Positions 50,269-62,131 of a DNA stretch of 64,000 bases are shown here, in pieces (position 1 is the first letter of the stretch; the number at the start of each line of letters is the position of its first letter). The notes beneath the pieces were generated by a model that was not told the origin of the DNA, made no database searches, and worked only from the letters and a program-made list of their open reading frames with translations. The position numbers were made by a program, and so were the translations under genes. Origin of the DNA: Octopus vulgaris (taxonomy: Eukaryota); contig OX597814.1 of assembly GCA_951406725.2 (NCBI GenBank), forward strand, positions 29,574,001 through 29,638,000. The letters run 5' to 3'.

Positions 50269-50669
50269 CTACAAATAAATAAACAAATAAAAACTTCAGA
50301 ACTAGAATTCAACTTTTGCTTCAGAAACACAGACTAATACATGGACTTATATTTTAACCCTTTAACATTTAATCCAGTTATATCCAACCCAAATATTCTA
50401 CTTGTTTTATATTCAAACTGGCCACATCTAACTTACTCTGTTCTAGCCCCACCTTTGGAACCAATGCTGCTTACCCTGCCTCCTCTGCTAACTCACTCCC
50501 TTGATTGAGTTCCAAAGCTAGCCCTCTGGTACTTAATTTATTGACCCCGAAAGGATGAAAGGCAAAGTCAACCTCGGCGGAATTTGAACTTAGAACGTAA
50601 CGGCAGACAAAATACCACTAAGCATTTCGCCCGGCGTGCTAACGTTTCTGCCAACTCACTGCCTTATAA

Positions 50670-50873
50670 TACCACAATCTATCGGCCAATTACATTTTCC
50701 ATCTTGTGGCATTTAAGACGTTTGGTGCGATTGGACCACTAACTGCGAGATTCCTGGCTTCACTGGCAACTTACCTTGCAGAGGTAACAGGTGAGGCTTG
50801 TGTGGGCACTTGGATGTTCCAGCATATCAGCCTCGCCATCACCCGTAGCAATGCTACAAGCATGTCTCAATAG
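50670..50873 (+). mobile_element. C-terminal fragment of a CRE-like (restriction-like endonuclease) non-LTR retrotransposon
   Basis: Open frame YHNLSANYIFHLVAFKTFGAIGPLTARFLASLATYLAEVTGEACVGTWMFQHISLAITRSNATSMSQ*, similar to the CRE consensus Y.F.P.A.ET.G..G....FL..L.......TG.......FQR.S.AI.RGNA.S. Confidence 0.65.
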
Positions 50874-53097
50874 CCATTAAAGAGGTTTCCCAGTGCCCCC
50901 AACTTTTCAACTAAAGGCAGTGAATTGTTTTGGGGGTTTTTTTTCCTCTTTTTTCTTTTTCTCTTTTTTTTCTTTTTTCTTTTAATTTTTTCAGTTGTGT
51001 TCTCTGCTTTGTCCAGTTTTCTAGTTTGATTTTGTAAAACAGTAAACACTGTGAAGGCAATAAAATACTAGTAGTTTGTTTCCTCATTTACAATACCATT
51101 CTAAAAATAAACAATCACATCATCAAAGTCTCAAAGCTACTAAATAATGCATGATTAATTCAAAACATTTAACATGTTTTCCATGCTGGCATGGGTTGGA
51201 CAGTTAAAGAGCGCATTGTGTTCATTTAAAAATATCTATAGCTCTTTTTCTCTCTCTTCAACCATTCTGATATTTAGCAGTCATAAGCAGATATCTTTGT
51301 TATCTGTATGTCTCATGAGACCATGAATCTGCTCTTGGAAAGTCTAGTTTCAGTTTGTGTTAGTGGAGCACAGTGAGGTGAACAACTGGGGTGATCTCTT
51401 CCAAGTGCAGGCCTAAGTAAGGTTATTTGAAGAATGGAAGACCAGTTCCAAAAGGGAGTTGGATGAAGCTCTCCAACACCTGAGGGAATTGGGCTTATCT
51501 GCTCCTGAGAAGGTGAAGGACTGTCGGAGTTAGAGAGCTTGAGACAACATAATTTCGAAAGCCACCTTCAACTCCCTCTTCATCCAGTTCGACCAGTTTC
51601 CAAGGTGCTGTTTACTGTCTGCTAGTGCCAAATACTCAGGTGACTGGATTGATACCATCCCTGTAGCTAATGTTGGTGGCCTACTCAGCAGTAGACTATT
51701 CCTTTTTAGTTAGACTATTCCTTTTTCATGATGAGGTTTTAAAACAGAAGCATATCCAGAGTTGTCACATTACAGCTAAAGATCAGACTTAATTCCCATT
51801 GAATTCTGGAATTGTCTCCCTCTGACCTTAACAGACTCATTTAGAAAATGAGTTTCATCACTTGGAGTGTCATTTTAGTTGATTAAAGTTTACTTCACTT
51901 GATACATTAACTAAGCAAGCGCCACTTAGTAAGCACTCTTGGTTTCTTTTGTTTTACTTCTCATCTTTCTGGTAAAGAGTACACATATGACTAAGAATAA
52001 AAATCTAAGTTATTCATCATTTGGCATCTGTACTCCATGCTGGTATGTATTGAATGTTTAACAGGATTTGAGAGGTCAGAGGTCTGTATCAAGATCCAAT
52101 GTCAGTTTTGGCATGCTTTTTATAGTTGGATGCCTATCAAATGCCAGCCACTTTACAGATTACACTGGGTGCTTTTCTGTGTCACTGGTACTAGTGAGAT
52201 TGCCAAGTAGCTTGCAAAAAAAGTAGCTTGCAAGACAAGTAGCTTCAGAGGGGGTGTTGTTATTGAGAAGTGGCTTATGCCAAGTGTTGAGAGGCAAAAG
52301 TATGAAAGAGGAATAAGAACAATTATCTTTCTGTAGAGGAAATAGAGTTAATATATGCAGTGTTTAATATTTTCCTAGTTCACTTTGTTTAAAATACAAA
52401 CATGTATACACCCTTCGTTTTTGATTTAATTTAGTATAACTTTTGAGTTTTAATTTCTCGGCAATATAACTTAATAAATGAAATAAACAATTCTACATTG
52501 GCTTTTAAAATAGGTGAATGAAGTCTAATTGAAGTTCTGCTTAAAGATATTCTAGGAAAAATTTTTGCTGGAAATATCTTTAAGCAAGAAAGCAACTACA
52601 GTCAGCACCCACACCACTAAAAATTTGCATTCCTGAAAATTTTGTCATAATGTGGAATTCCATAATTTAAACCCATGTTATATGGAAATATGTTACATCA
52701 AGATTTTCACAAATGCAACACTTCCAAAACATGGAGGATACCTGTATAAAATTTCATGAAACTTTCAAAATAGAAGAAAGTTTATTCAATCACAAACCAA
52801 AATACATCAAGGAGAAAAATAATGCACTATTTATGTAGGTTTGGAGACTTATCAGATCACACTAAGACATAACATTATATTGGCTTTTAGATCATACAAA
52901 ACAAAGACATATTCAGTGAATCTTTAAGGCCACACTCAAATTGTAAAAGTTTATTATTGCAAAGTTGCTTAACCATAGCAATGAGACCAGAATCAGTGCT
53001 TTCTACAGAAAGCTGGTACCACTAAATAATGATAAAAAAACATGCATTTTAAAACACAGAAACAAGAGTAAAATACTTCAATAAATAGCCAAGTTAC

Positions 53098-53279
53098 CTG
53101 TAAGGTTTTATCAAACCATCGGTTTCCAGTATTCATTTCACTTCCTCCTCCATGAAGCATCATTCCACCAGCCATAGACATTTTTGCGACAGGATCTTGT
53201 ATCAATGGCATAGGTTTATCCAAACATAACACAAAAAGACTATTTTGAATAGACTGTAAAGAAGCTTGGTTCTTTTTAT
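53098..53279 (-). CDS. CRAT: Carnitine O-acetyltransferase internal exon (182 nt)
   Basis: ttttacttcag|AT...CAG|gtaact. Translates (D)KKNQASLQSIQNSLFVLCLDKPMPLIQDPVAKMSMAGGMMLHGGGSEMNTGNRWFDKTLQ, with the LHGGGS..N.GNRWFDKTLQ signature. Confidence 0.97.
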
Positions 53280-53914
53280 CTGAAGTAAAATGAAAGCACA
53301 TCTGCAATTAGTTGCAGCACTGTCACAGATATAGGAGTAGTATTCTATAAGAACAGAAAGAATTTATTATCAGAAAAATGATAAAAGTCTTGTTTTCAAT
53401 CAGAATTTTATAAACCCCAAAAATATAAATAAAAGGAAAATATAAAAAAAAAAGAGAAGCAACTTTACATAACAGCCATAATTTCTATATTTTTTAAAGA
53501 ATATTCTTTTCTACTCTAGGCACAAAGACTCTGGTCCTTAATTTATCAACGCCAAAAGGTTGAAAGGCAAAGTTGACCTCGGCAGAATTTGAACTCAGAA
53601 CATAGCACTGGACAAAATACCGCTAAGCATTTTGCCCAGTATGCTAACTATTCTGCCAGCTTACCGCCTTATTTTATGAAGAACATTGTCTGACATTTAT
53701 ATTTGTTGAAATAATAATTTTTTTTACAGCTAGATGCTCTTATTACTAACCACTTGACTGCGTTAGGTTAAGAAAATTACAAGAAGTATTAGTTTACAAT
53801 GAATAATTCAATACATGAATGGACACAATAAAAAACATATGACCATTTATAACCATAACGTGTATGTTCATAATGGAATGGAAAAAAAAAATGAGACAGA
53901 AATCATTCTCAGAA

Positions 53915-54937
53915 CATTTGAACGGAGACGGATGCTTGAACAGAGATGTGTAAATTTGGGCTGCATCCAAGAAGTAAGGTGGAGAGGAGGTTCTGCTAGG
54001 TTCCTCACAGGCAAAGAAAATAGGTACAAGATTTTCTGGGCAGGGAACACTGACGGGGTCAGGAGCGTGGTTATACTTTTTGTGGAGAAATGGGTTGATA
54101 AGGTAATTGAGGTAGTCAGTGTCTGCGATAGAATACTTGTGATTAAATTAGTGCTACATCATGGGTTAGTAACCATTATCTTGGCCTATGCTCCTCAGCC
54201 GGGGCTACCTGATGGACAGAAAGACCGATTTTATGACACCCTCTTGCAGACTACCTCGTTGATGAATGACAGGGACCTTCTCTTTGTGGCTGATGACTTC
54301 AATGGGCCTGTTGGACAACATGCAGGGGGCTTCCATGGCATACATGGAGGCTATGGTTTTGGTTCCCACAATGAGGAAGGGACCAGGCTGCTGGAGTTCT
54401 GCCTTGCAAATGATCTTATAGTTTGCAATACTAACTTCAGGAAATCTGCCAGTCACCTAGTCACCAACCAATCTGGTAGACACACTAATTAAATTGACTA
54501 CAACCTTGCCAGGAAAAGGGAAAGGTGACTACTTATAAATGCCAAAACCTTCCCAGGCGAAGAATGTACCCCACAACATAGACTAGTAGTTAGCGACTTC
54601 AGGATCAGGGCTAGTGAGAGCTGTGCAAGCCATGTACAGGGATGCTGTCAGTAAGGTGAAGGTTGACAACGAGTACAGTGAAGAATTCCGGGTAGGGGTA
54701 GGGATCCACCAAGGATCAGTCCTCAGCCCCCTCTTCATAGTACCCCAGACAATAATAGAGGAATTCAAGACAGGATGCCCCTGGGAGCTCCTCTATGCTG
54801 ATGACCTTGCTCTAATTGCTGAGTCATTATCAGAACTAGAGGAGAGGTTTCAGGTGTGGAGGCAAGGATTAGAATCAAAGGGCCTTAGAGTCAGCCTAGC
54901 TAAAACCAAAGTCTTAATGAGTAGGAAGGCAGACAAA
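53915..54937 (+). mobile_element. RTE-clade LINE remnant: APE endonuclease fused by deletion to a partial reverse transcriptase
   Basis: ORF 53815-54492 has CIQEVRWRG, AYAPQ.G, DFNG.VG and GYGFG..NEEG.RLLEFC (EEP domain). ORF 54614-54985 has G.HQGSVLSP and LLYADDL (RT). Stops and a large internal deletion near 54613. Confidence 0.9.
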
Positions 54938-55195
54938 TCATCATTTAACATCTGTTTTCCATGCTGTTTCCAGGCTCCAATCTGATCTGGCAATGTTTTT
55001 ACAGCTGGATGCCCTTCCTAATGCCAACAACTCCAAGAGTGTAGTGGGTGCTTTTTATGTGCCACCATCACAGAAGCCAGTCAGGCGGGCTTGGCATCAA
55101 TGATATATATATATATATATATACACATATCGTCTTTAGAAAAACATGAATACAGAGAAGAAGCACACTCTAAGAAGTAGAGTTTCCCATCCATA

Positions 55196-55367
55196 TGGTG
55201 TATTGTCAGACCCTAAGACCTGTTGGCCTATGATCTCTTTAAAATATGAAGTGGGGGAAAAGTCTTATTTTTTCTTTTTTTTCTTTTTGGGGGCCTACAA
55301 CAACACTTCCCCTCCATATTTTAAAGAGATCATAGGTCAACAGGTCTTGGGACCTGACAATACACCA
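55196..55367. mobile_element. Foldback MITE with ~65-bp inverted arms
   Basis: TGGTGTATTGTCAG...AAAATATG pairs with CATATTTT...CTGACAATACACCA; TA on both flanks. Confidence 0.65.
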
Positions 55368-55429
55368 TAAGGTTAAACCCTTTATGGACAGGAAACCCAG
55401 GGTAACCCCATAAATAGCCTTCACCAGGG

Positions 55430-55486
<57 letters not shown>

Positions 55487-55636
55487 GGGCTTTTTTCAGT
55501 TTCTGTCTACCAAATCCACTCACAAGGTTTTGGACAGCCCAAAAGACATTTTCCCAAGGTACCAAGCAGTGGGACTGAACCCAGAACCGTGTGGTTGGTA
55601 AGCAAGCTTCTTACCACACAGCCATGCCTGTACCTA
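55487..55636 (-). mobile_element. tRNA-derived SINE, family A, 5' half
   Basis: Reverse head and body running into (TA)n at 55432-55482. Confidence 0.7.
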
Positions 55637-56369
55637 TAAATAGAATATTTTGGAGGGAATTTTTTCTCCTTCTAAATGAGAGCTTAGCAATGCAAAGAGT
55701 GTACTTAAAGGAAGTTAAAAGTTCAGTCTGTTGTAGAACAACAGGCTATTAATTATAACAATTGTTGTTGATAGCAATAATTACTTATTTCAAACTGCCT
55801 ATTAGTGTCCTACAGTCCTCCTGTTAATAAAGGACTATTTAAAATAGTGAGAGTATTCCCAACTGAATATCCTGTCAAGCCACCATGGATTATGTTCAAA
55901 ACCAAGATTTGTAATCTAAATATTGATGAAAACGGATGGACTTCATTATCTGATATGATCTTATCTTGAAGATGGTTGGGTATGCTTTCAGAGAAATTTC
56001 GCTGCTATTACTAGCAGCTTGAGCAACCACATAGAGGCTTTCATTTTTGGCAAAGATGGTGGAAAGTCAAACTTACAGTTTTTAGTTTATTTCCCTACAT
56101 TCTGAGATAAAATCACGGTAGAGTTGATTTAGTTCTTTTTTTTTTATTTATAGAATTAAAGTTCATTTAAACAACTATAACCTTTAAATAGGTTTTGGGC
56201 TAAATCAAAACAATTCAGTATTTTAATAAAATTTATTGCCTTGCACCAAAGTCAGATTAATTATAATCATCATCATCATCATCAGTTTATGTTTTTTCCA
56301 TGCTGACATGTGTTGGCCAAGTCTTCAACACAGCATCTCACTACTTGTAGTCAGCATCATCTCCTTCGT

Positions 56370-56610
56370 GGAGGCGCGTGGCTAAGTGGTTAGGGTGTCA
56401 GCACCATGATCGTAAGACTGTGGTTTCAATTCCTGGACCAGGCGACGCGTTGTGTTATTGAGCAAAACACTTCATTTCAGTCCACTCAGCTGGCAAAAAT
56501 GAATAACACTACGATAGACTGGCGTCCCATCCAGCTGGGGAACACATACGCTATAGAAACTGGGAAACCGAACCCATGAGCCTGGCTAGGCTTTAAAAGG
56601 GCACATTTAT
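56370..56610 (+). mobile_element. tRNA-derived SINE related to family D, different 3' tail
   Basis: GGAGGCGCGTGGCTAAGTGGTTAGGG...GGTTTCAATTCC head, CORE-like segment, tail gactggcgtcccatccagctgggg. Confidence 0.7.
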
Positions 56611-57354
56611 TCATTTTTTTTATTGTCTCTTTCGGGAGGTCCAGGATTCTAAGATCAGACATCACCATGTCATGAATTATCAAAAGATATTATTTTATGA
56701 GTGATCTTACTGCTAACAATTCTTCTACTACTAACATTATTAATGAAGTCATTCTCTGCTGCTACCTTGCTTATGACCTGACTGCATCATTTGTGCAAAC
56801 TCCTTTTCTGCATATTGAGCAGAGTACTTCACAGATGACTATAATGCTCTATATTCCTTGTTGCCAACAAAAACTTTAGACTATGCTAAAATTTACTATA
56901 GGCCTCTTCCTTCTAATTCCTTGATTTATTTGACTCTGAGGACTAGCTTGTTATCATACAGGAGTTCTCATTGACAGCTGGTCTCAAACTTTTCCATTAT
57001 GGCTTAGAAAACTAATAAATAGAGGTCTGAGAACTAAACCCTGATAGACACCTGCAGCTTGTTAAACTTATATCTGAACATGTTGCTAAATCTCACAAAA
57101 CATCCCTATACTTAGCATGCATGACACTAACAAATAAATATACAAATATTGTAAAATTGATTGAATCCCATAAATTTATTGGCACTCACTTCATTGAGCT
57201 AAAGAAAAGATAACAGTGAATTAGCAGGAATTGATTACAGAACAATGGCACATCAGACTTGATACAAAAATGCATCCTACTAGTTTTGATATTATTTGTA
57301 CCAACTTCATCCTCAGTAAATATATAATTGCTTTCTCTTGATTATTACTATATG

Positions 57355-57980
57355 CAGTTTGTCCGTCAATGCGATAAAGACCATCTAGTCATCCTGGGGT
57401 GGGAGTGGGCTTGTTTTGTGAGTCCACAGATGGGTAGTGAGGCCAATCTGCACTCGAAAGAGTCTCTGACAGTGTGGACAGGGAATGGTAGCACCTGCTA
57501 CAGGGTTGTTAGCTCTGTTCTTCCTGGCTTGTCTGCAGTCTTCTGCAGTAGCGATCCTATTGGTCTCGCATGTGTTGGTACCCTTGTGGACAGCTGATTG
57601 CTACCCTTCTCTGTCTAGAGCAGACTGCTCCCAAGTGTCATGGTCGATGTTGAAGGCTTTCAGTGTGTCCTTAAAGTGCTTCTTCTGGCCGCCTTGTGAG
57701 CACTTTCCCTTTTGCAGCTTGCTAAAGAGCAATCTTTTTGGTAATTGATCGTCAGACATGCGAGCTACATGCCCTGCCCAGCAAAGCTGAGACTGCATCA
57801 AGATGGTATGGATGCTGGGCAGGTTAGCATGTATTGGTACCTCAGTGTCCGGGATCCTGTCCTGCCACTTTATGCCGAGAAGTTTTCTGAGGCATATTGC
57901 ATGAAAGTGATTCAGTTCCTGGCATGATGCTAGTAGATTGTCCAGGACTCGCAGTCATAAAGCAGCGCTGTGAGAACAAT
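57355..57980 (-). mobile_element. RTE-clade (BovB-like) LINE 3' fragment
   Basis: QLCWAGHVARMSDDQLPKRLLF..L..GK.SQGGQKK.FKDTLK, followed by a CPHC...H...H zinc-finger-like C-terminus; frameshifted. Confidence 0.85.
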
Positions 57981-58619
57981 GCTGATTATTACTCACAACG
58001 CTGATTATTACTAGAGTGACAATACAGCTTGGATTAAGAATAAACAGTGTCATATCCACATTTAGTATCACAGTAAAATTAGGGCCCTTGGGGCTTTTTC
58101 AGGAGCTTTGCCATTAAAATCAAATTAACCAGTCTCACTGTTATTTCAGCACAAGACCCCAAGACACATGGAGACAAATCCATAAATATATATAGTCATC
58201 ATCATTGTTTTAATGTCAACTTTTCCATGCTTGTAAGGATCAGGTGGAATTTGCTGACACAGATTTTGTATTGCTTAGTATCCTTCCTATCACAAACCCT
58301 TGCCTGTTTTCTAAGCAAGGCAAAATTTTTCTATGGTAAGACATTTTTTTTTTCTAGAAGACTGGACATGAACAACATTGCTTGTATGATGGTGAAGTTC
58401 AATTACAATCATCACATGATGTCAAGACAAGGACACACACACACAACAGGTTTCTTTCAATTTCTGTCAACTAAACCCATTTAAAAGATCTGGGTCAGCC
58501 TGGGGCTATAGTAGAAGACACTTGTCCAAGATGCAGTACAGTAGGACTGAACCCAAAACCACAAGGCTGGAAAGTAAGATTCTCAACAACACAACCATGC
58601 CTGTGCCATCACCATAATT

Positions 58620-59207
58620 GGCATCCGTGCAAGTGGAGCGTTAAGAGTACCATCTGAGCGTGATCGTTGCCAAAGCAGCTAACTGGCTTCCATGTAAAAG
58701 GCACCATACAAGCATGATCGTTACCTGCATTGCCTTACTGGCACTTGTGCAGGTGGCACGTAAAAAAACATTCGGGCGAGGTCGTTGCAAGTGCCGCTGG
58801 ACTGGCTCCTGTGCAGGTGGCACATAAAGAACACCATTTGAGTATGGCTGTAGCCAGTACCACCTAACTGGCCCTTGTGTCTGGCACATAAAAGCACCCC
58901 TTCAACATGTGTCGGTGGCACAGCTGTACAAAGTGCCAACACATGTGAGACCATCGCTGCTGCAGAAGACTGCAGACAAGCCAGGAAGAACAGAGCTAAC
59001 ACCCTATTCCTGTCCACACTGTCAGAGACTCTTTCCAGTGCAGATTGGCCTCACTACCCATCGGAGTGGTTGACGTTAGGAAGGGCATCCAACTGTAGAA
59101 ACTCTGCCAGATCAGACTGGAGCATGGTGCAGCCATTTGGTTCGCCAAACCTCAGTCAAATCATCCAACCCATGCCAGCATGGAAAGTGGGCGTTAAACA
59201 ATGATGA

Positions 59208-59210
<3 letters not shown>
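58620..59210 (+). mobile_element. Family C repeat carrying an inserted RTE coding fragment
   Basis: Tandem units 58630-58900, foreign segment ~58901-59061, then the standard tail. Confidence 0.72.
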
Positions 59211-59243
<33 letters not shown>

Positions 59244-59248
<5 letters not shown>

Positions 59249-59657
59249 CATCATCATCATCGTTTAGCATCCGCTTTCCATGCTAGTATGGGTTGGACGG
59301 TTCAACTGGGGTCTGTGAAGCCAGAAAGCTGCATCAGGCCCAGTCTGATCTGGCAGTGTTTCTACGGCTGGATGCCCTTCCTAACGCCAACCAGTCCGTG
59401 AGTGTAGTGGGTGCTTTTACGTGCCACCCGCAGAGGTGCCAGACGGAGCTGGCAAACAGATACGGACGGATGGTGCTTTTTACGTGCCACCGGCACAGGG
59501 GCCAGGCGAGGCTGGCAACAGCCACGATCAGATGGTGCTTTTTACGTGCCACTGGCACAGGGGCCAGGCGAGGCTGGCAACGGCCACGATCGGATGGTGC
59601 TTTTTACGTGCCACCGGCACGGGGGCCATGGAAAGACTGGCAACGGCCACGAACGGA
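59244..59657 (-). mobile_element. Family C repeat with four tandem units
   Basis: GATGGTGCTTTTTACGTGCC starts at 59469, 59531 and 59593 (62-bp period). Confidence 0.82.
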
Positions 59658-60354
59658 TGATGATGATGATGATGATATATATATATATATATATATATAT
59701 GCTGCTGTTGTTGTTGCTGTTGATAATTTATGTTGCATTGGTACTTTAGTAATAACTGTAAGATCATCAACTTCATTAAAATGTATTGTATCAGTCATCC
59801 ATTTTGTTTACTTTATATCTATCTTTCTTTCCACCATTATCATTTGCAGTTTGGGAAATAAAAAAAAGAGAGCAAATAATGATAAACTGTTTAATAACAA
59901 AGAAGCCAGTCAGATTGACCTTCATCCCAAGCTACTGAAACAGCCCTAATTAACAGATGAACTAAATACATACAGAAAACAGTTTATTTATGTTTTAATT
60001 GCACGAAAGTCTTATTCTTAATATAACCATTACACATCGCCTTATTCAAGAGGTTTTGTCCAGAAAGTTAACTTGATGACCTCGCTGGTGCTGTGTAAAA
60101 AGCATTGAGTACACTCAGTAAAGTGATTGGCGTTAGAAAGAATATCCAGCTGTAGAAACTATGCCAAAGCAAACACTGGAGCTTGGCACAATCTTCTGGC
60201 TCATCAGCTCCTGTCAAACCATCCAACTCAAGCAGCTGGGAAAATGAACATTAAATGATGATGATGATGACCATTAGACTATTTTACTGTTCATTACTCA
60301 TCAATTACAGAAGGATGAAGTGCAAGGTCACCCCCTCCCCTCAATAGAACTTAA

Positions 60355-60573
60355 CCCTTTAGTGTTCAGATTATTCAATCAAACATAATACTTATTGATT
60401 CCCATTGATTTGAATTAATCATGCATTATCTCATATCTTCAAGATCTTGATGGTGTAATTACTTAATGTAGAATAACATTGCAGGATAGGTGTGAGAGCC
60501 TGGATCTGATCAGTTTGAACATAAAACAGATTAACTATTTTGGCCGGATATGGCTGGTTTAAATACTAAAGGG
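60355..60573 (-). mobile_element. piggyBac-type MITE (~220 bp family)
   Basis: TTAA-CCCTTTAG ... CTAAAGGG-TTAA. Confidence 0.8.
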
Positions 60574-60803
60574 TTAAATGTTGGAACACAGAATGGCAAA
60601 TCTGATAGTAGTGTGGAGTGACCAGATTTGATGTGTTACCAATTTATGACAACTGCTCTACTATGATACATAATAATGTAACCATACTTCTACGATTACA
60701 TTCAAATTTATTTTTTTAATCTACTTACAGTTTGTATGCAAGCAGGATAGTTTTACATTTCAAATATTTTCAAATATTAACATGAAAAGAACATAAACAT
60801 GTT

Positions 60804-60989
60804 AGGCGCAGGAGAGGCTGTGTGGTAAGTAGCTTGCTTACCAACCACATGGTTCCAGGTTCAGTCCCACAGCTTGGCACCTTGGGCAAGTGTCTTCTAC
60901 TATAGCCTCGGTCTGACCAAAGCCTTGTGAGTGGATTTGGTAGATGTAAACTGAAAGAAGTCCATCGTATATATGTATATGCATGTATA

Positions 60990-61026
<37 letters not shown>

Positions 61027-61245
61027 GTGTGCATGTGTTTGTGTGTCTGTGTTTGTCCCTCCAACATCGCTTGACAACCGATGCTGGTGTGTTTACATCC
61101 CCGTAACTTAGCAGTTCAGCAAAAGAGACCGATAGAATAAGTACTAGGCTTACAAAGAATAAGTCCTGGGGTCTATTCGCTCAACTAAAGGCGGTGCTCC
61201 AGCATGGCCGCAGTCAAATGACTGAAACAAGTAAAAGAGAAAAGA
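60804..61245 (+). mobile_element. tRNA-derived SINE, family A
   Basis: Full-length copy. Confidence 0.85.
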
Positions 61246-61542
61246 TGTTTAGGCGTAACTGATTCAACAAGCTGCCTAAATTCTAACTGTGTGATTTCTA
61301 CTATGAGCATGAGGCCACAAATTTTGATGGTGGGGGTGTAGTCAGTTATATTAACCTCATTACGTGACTAGTAATTGAAACCCCCCCACACACACACACA
61401 CACACACACAAACCAAGTAGATGAAAGACAAAGTCAATACTGGTGTGATCAGACATAATCAAAAGCTGCAAGGTCTGTCATTAAGTGTGCTAACTGAAAA
61501 TTAAGTGCAGGCATCTACTGGGAGAATATTAAAATGAAATAC

Positions 61543-61714
61543 CTTTCATCAATTTTTTATGGATTTTGGCCCATGCATTTCGATTTTCTGAAGTTAAAAT
61601 TCCAACAGGTGAAGTAGAATGCTTTGATTCAGACTTGATAGTCTTCAGTTGTTTGTATATTTGCTCAGCATTCAGAGGTTTGTTTTTCTTGCCAAATACT
61701 TGCAGGGAAAATAA
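61543..61714 (-). CDS. CRAT: Carnitine O-acetyltransferase, most 5' exon visible in window (172 nt)
   Basis: aattttctag|TTA...AAAG|gtattt. Translates LFSLQVFGKKNKPLNAEQIYKQLKTIKSESKHSTSPVGILTSENRNAWAKIHKKLMK, with the PVGILTS..R..WAK motif. Phase 1 end joins the 53279 exon. Confidence 0.94.
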
Positions 61715-62131
61715 CTAGAAAATTATCAACACAAGATAAATCAAATAAAATGACAAAAAAAAAAAATCTTTTTTTTTTTTCCCAATTTTCCTGTAATTAA
61801 TACTAAAAGTAAATATATTTTAGAAGACAATATTTTCTGTGGTTTACAGTTAGAATTGTTTCCATAGCAGATAAGCTTTTGGTAAGCTGAATGGATAAAT
61901 CTACATTTTAACAAGTAAAAAGAATGTTGTGCATTTGAGTAAAAATCTTATAAATCTATGTATTTCAGTTGAGACCCAACTGTGAGGGTAAGATACCATG
62001 TAATTTGCAATAGATCACTATCTTATTCTCTCTTTTGTTTAGCATTATAAAATCAGAGCTAAACATCAGTGACTTTTTTAAAAAAATCTTCAAAGCTGAG
62101 GATAATATTGATATTTCTTAAAGCCATTTAA

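Noticed and set aside
53815-54492. 225-aa ORF as a host craniofacial development protein 2-like gene
   Set aside because: It is the endonuclease of a decayed RTE LINE, with stops, an adjoining RT fragment and no exon structure.
59490-59530. HDV-like ribozyme in the 62-bp unit (reverse strand gccagcctcgcctggc resembles HDV P3/L3)
   Set aside because: No convincing P2, P4 or catalytic J4/2 segment could be assigned; simple hairpins explain the pattern.
59405-59657. CRISPR-like array of ~62-bp periodic repeats (also 4481-4680 and 45305-45500)
   Set aside because: Whole units are similar to one another with no unique spacers, there are no cas genes, the context is eukaryotic, and the units belong to a dispersed retroelement.
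59293-59949. 218-aa ORF and the recurring MDGSTGVCEARRLHQAQSDLAVFLRLDALPNAN ORFs (4463, 7821, 29849, 30917, 45192)
   Set aside because: These are antisense readings of the family C repeat running through microsatellites; the recurrence reflects the repeat, not a protein family.
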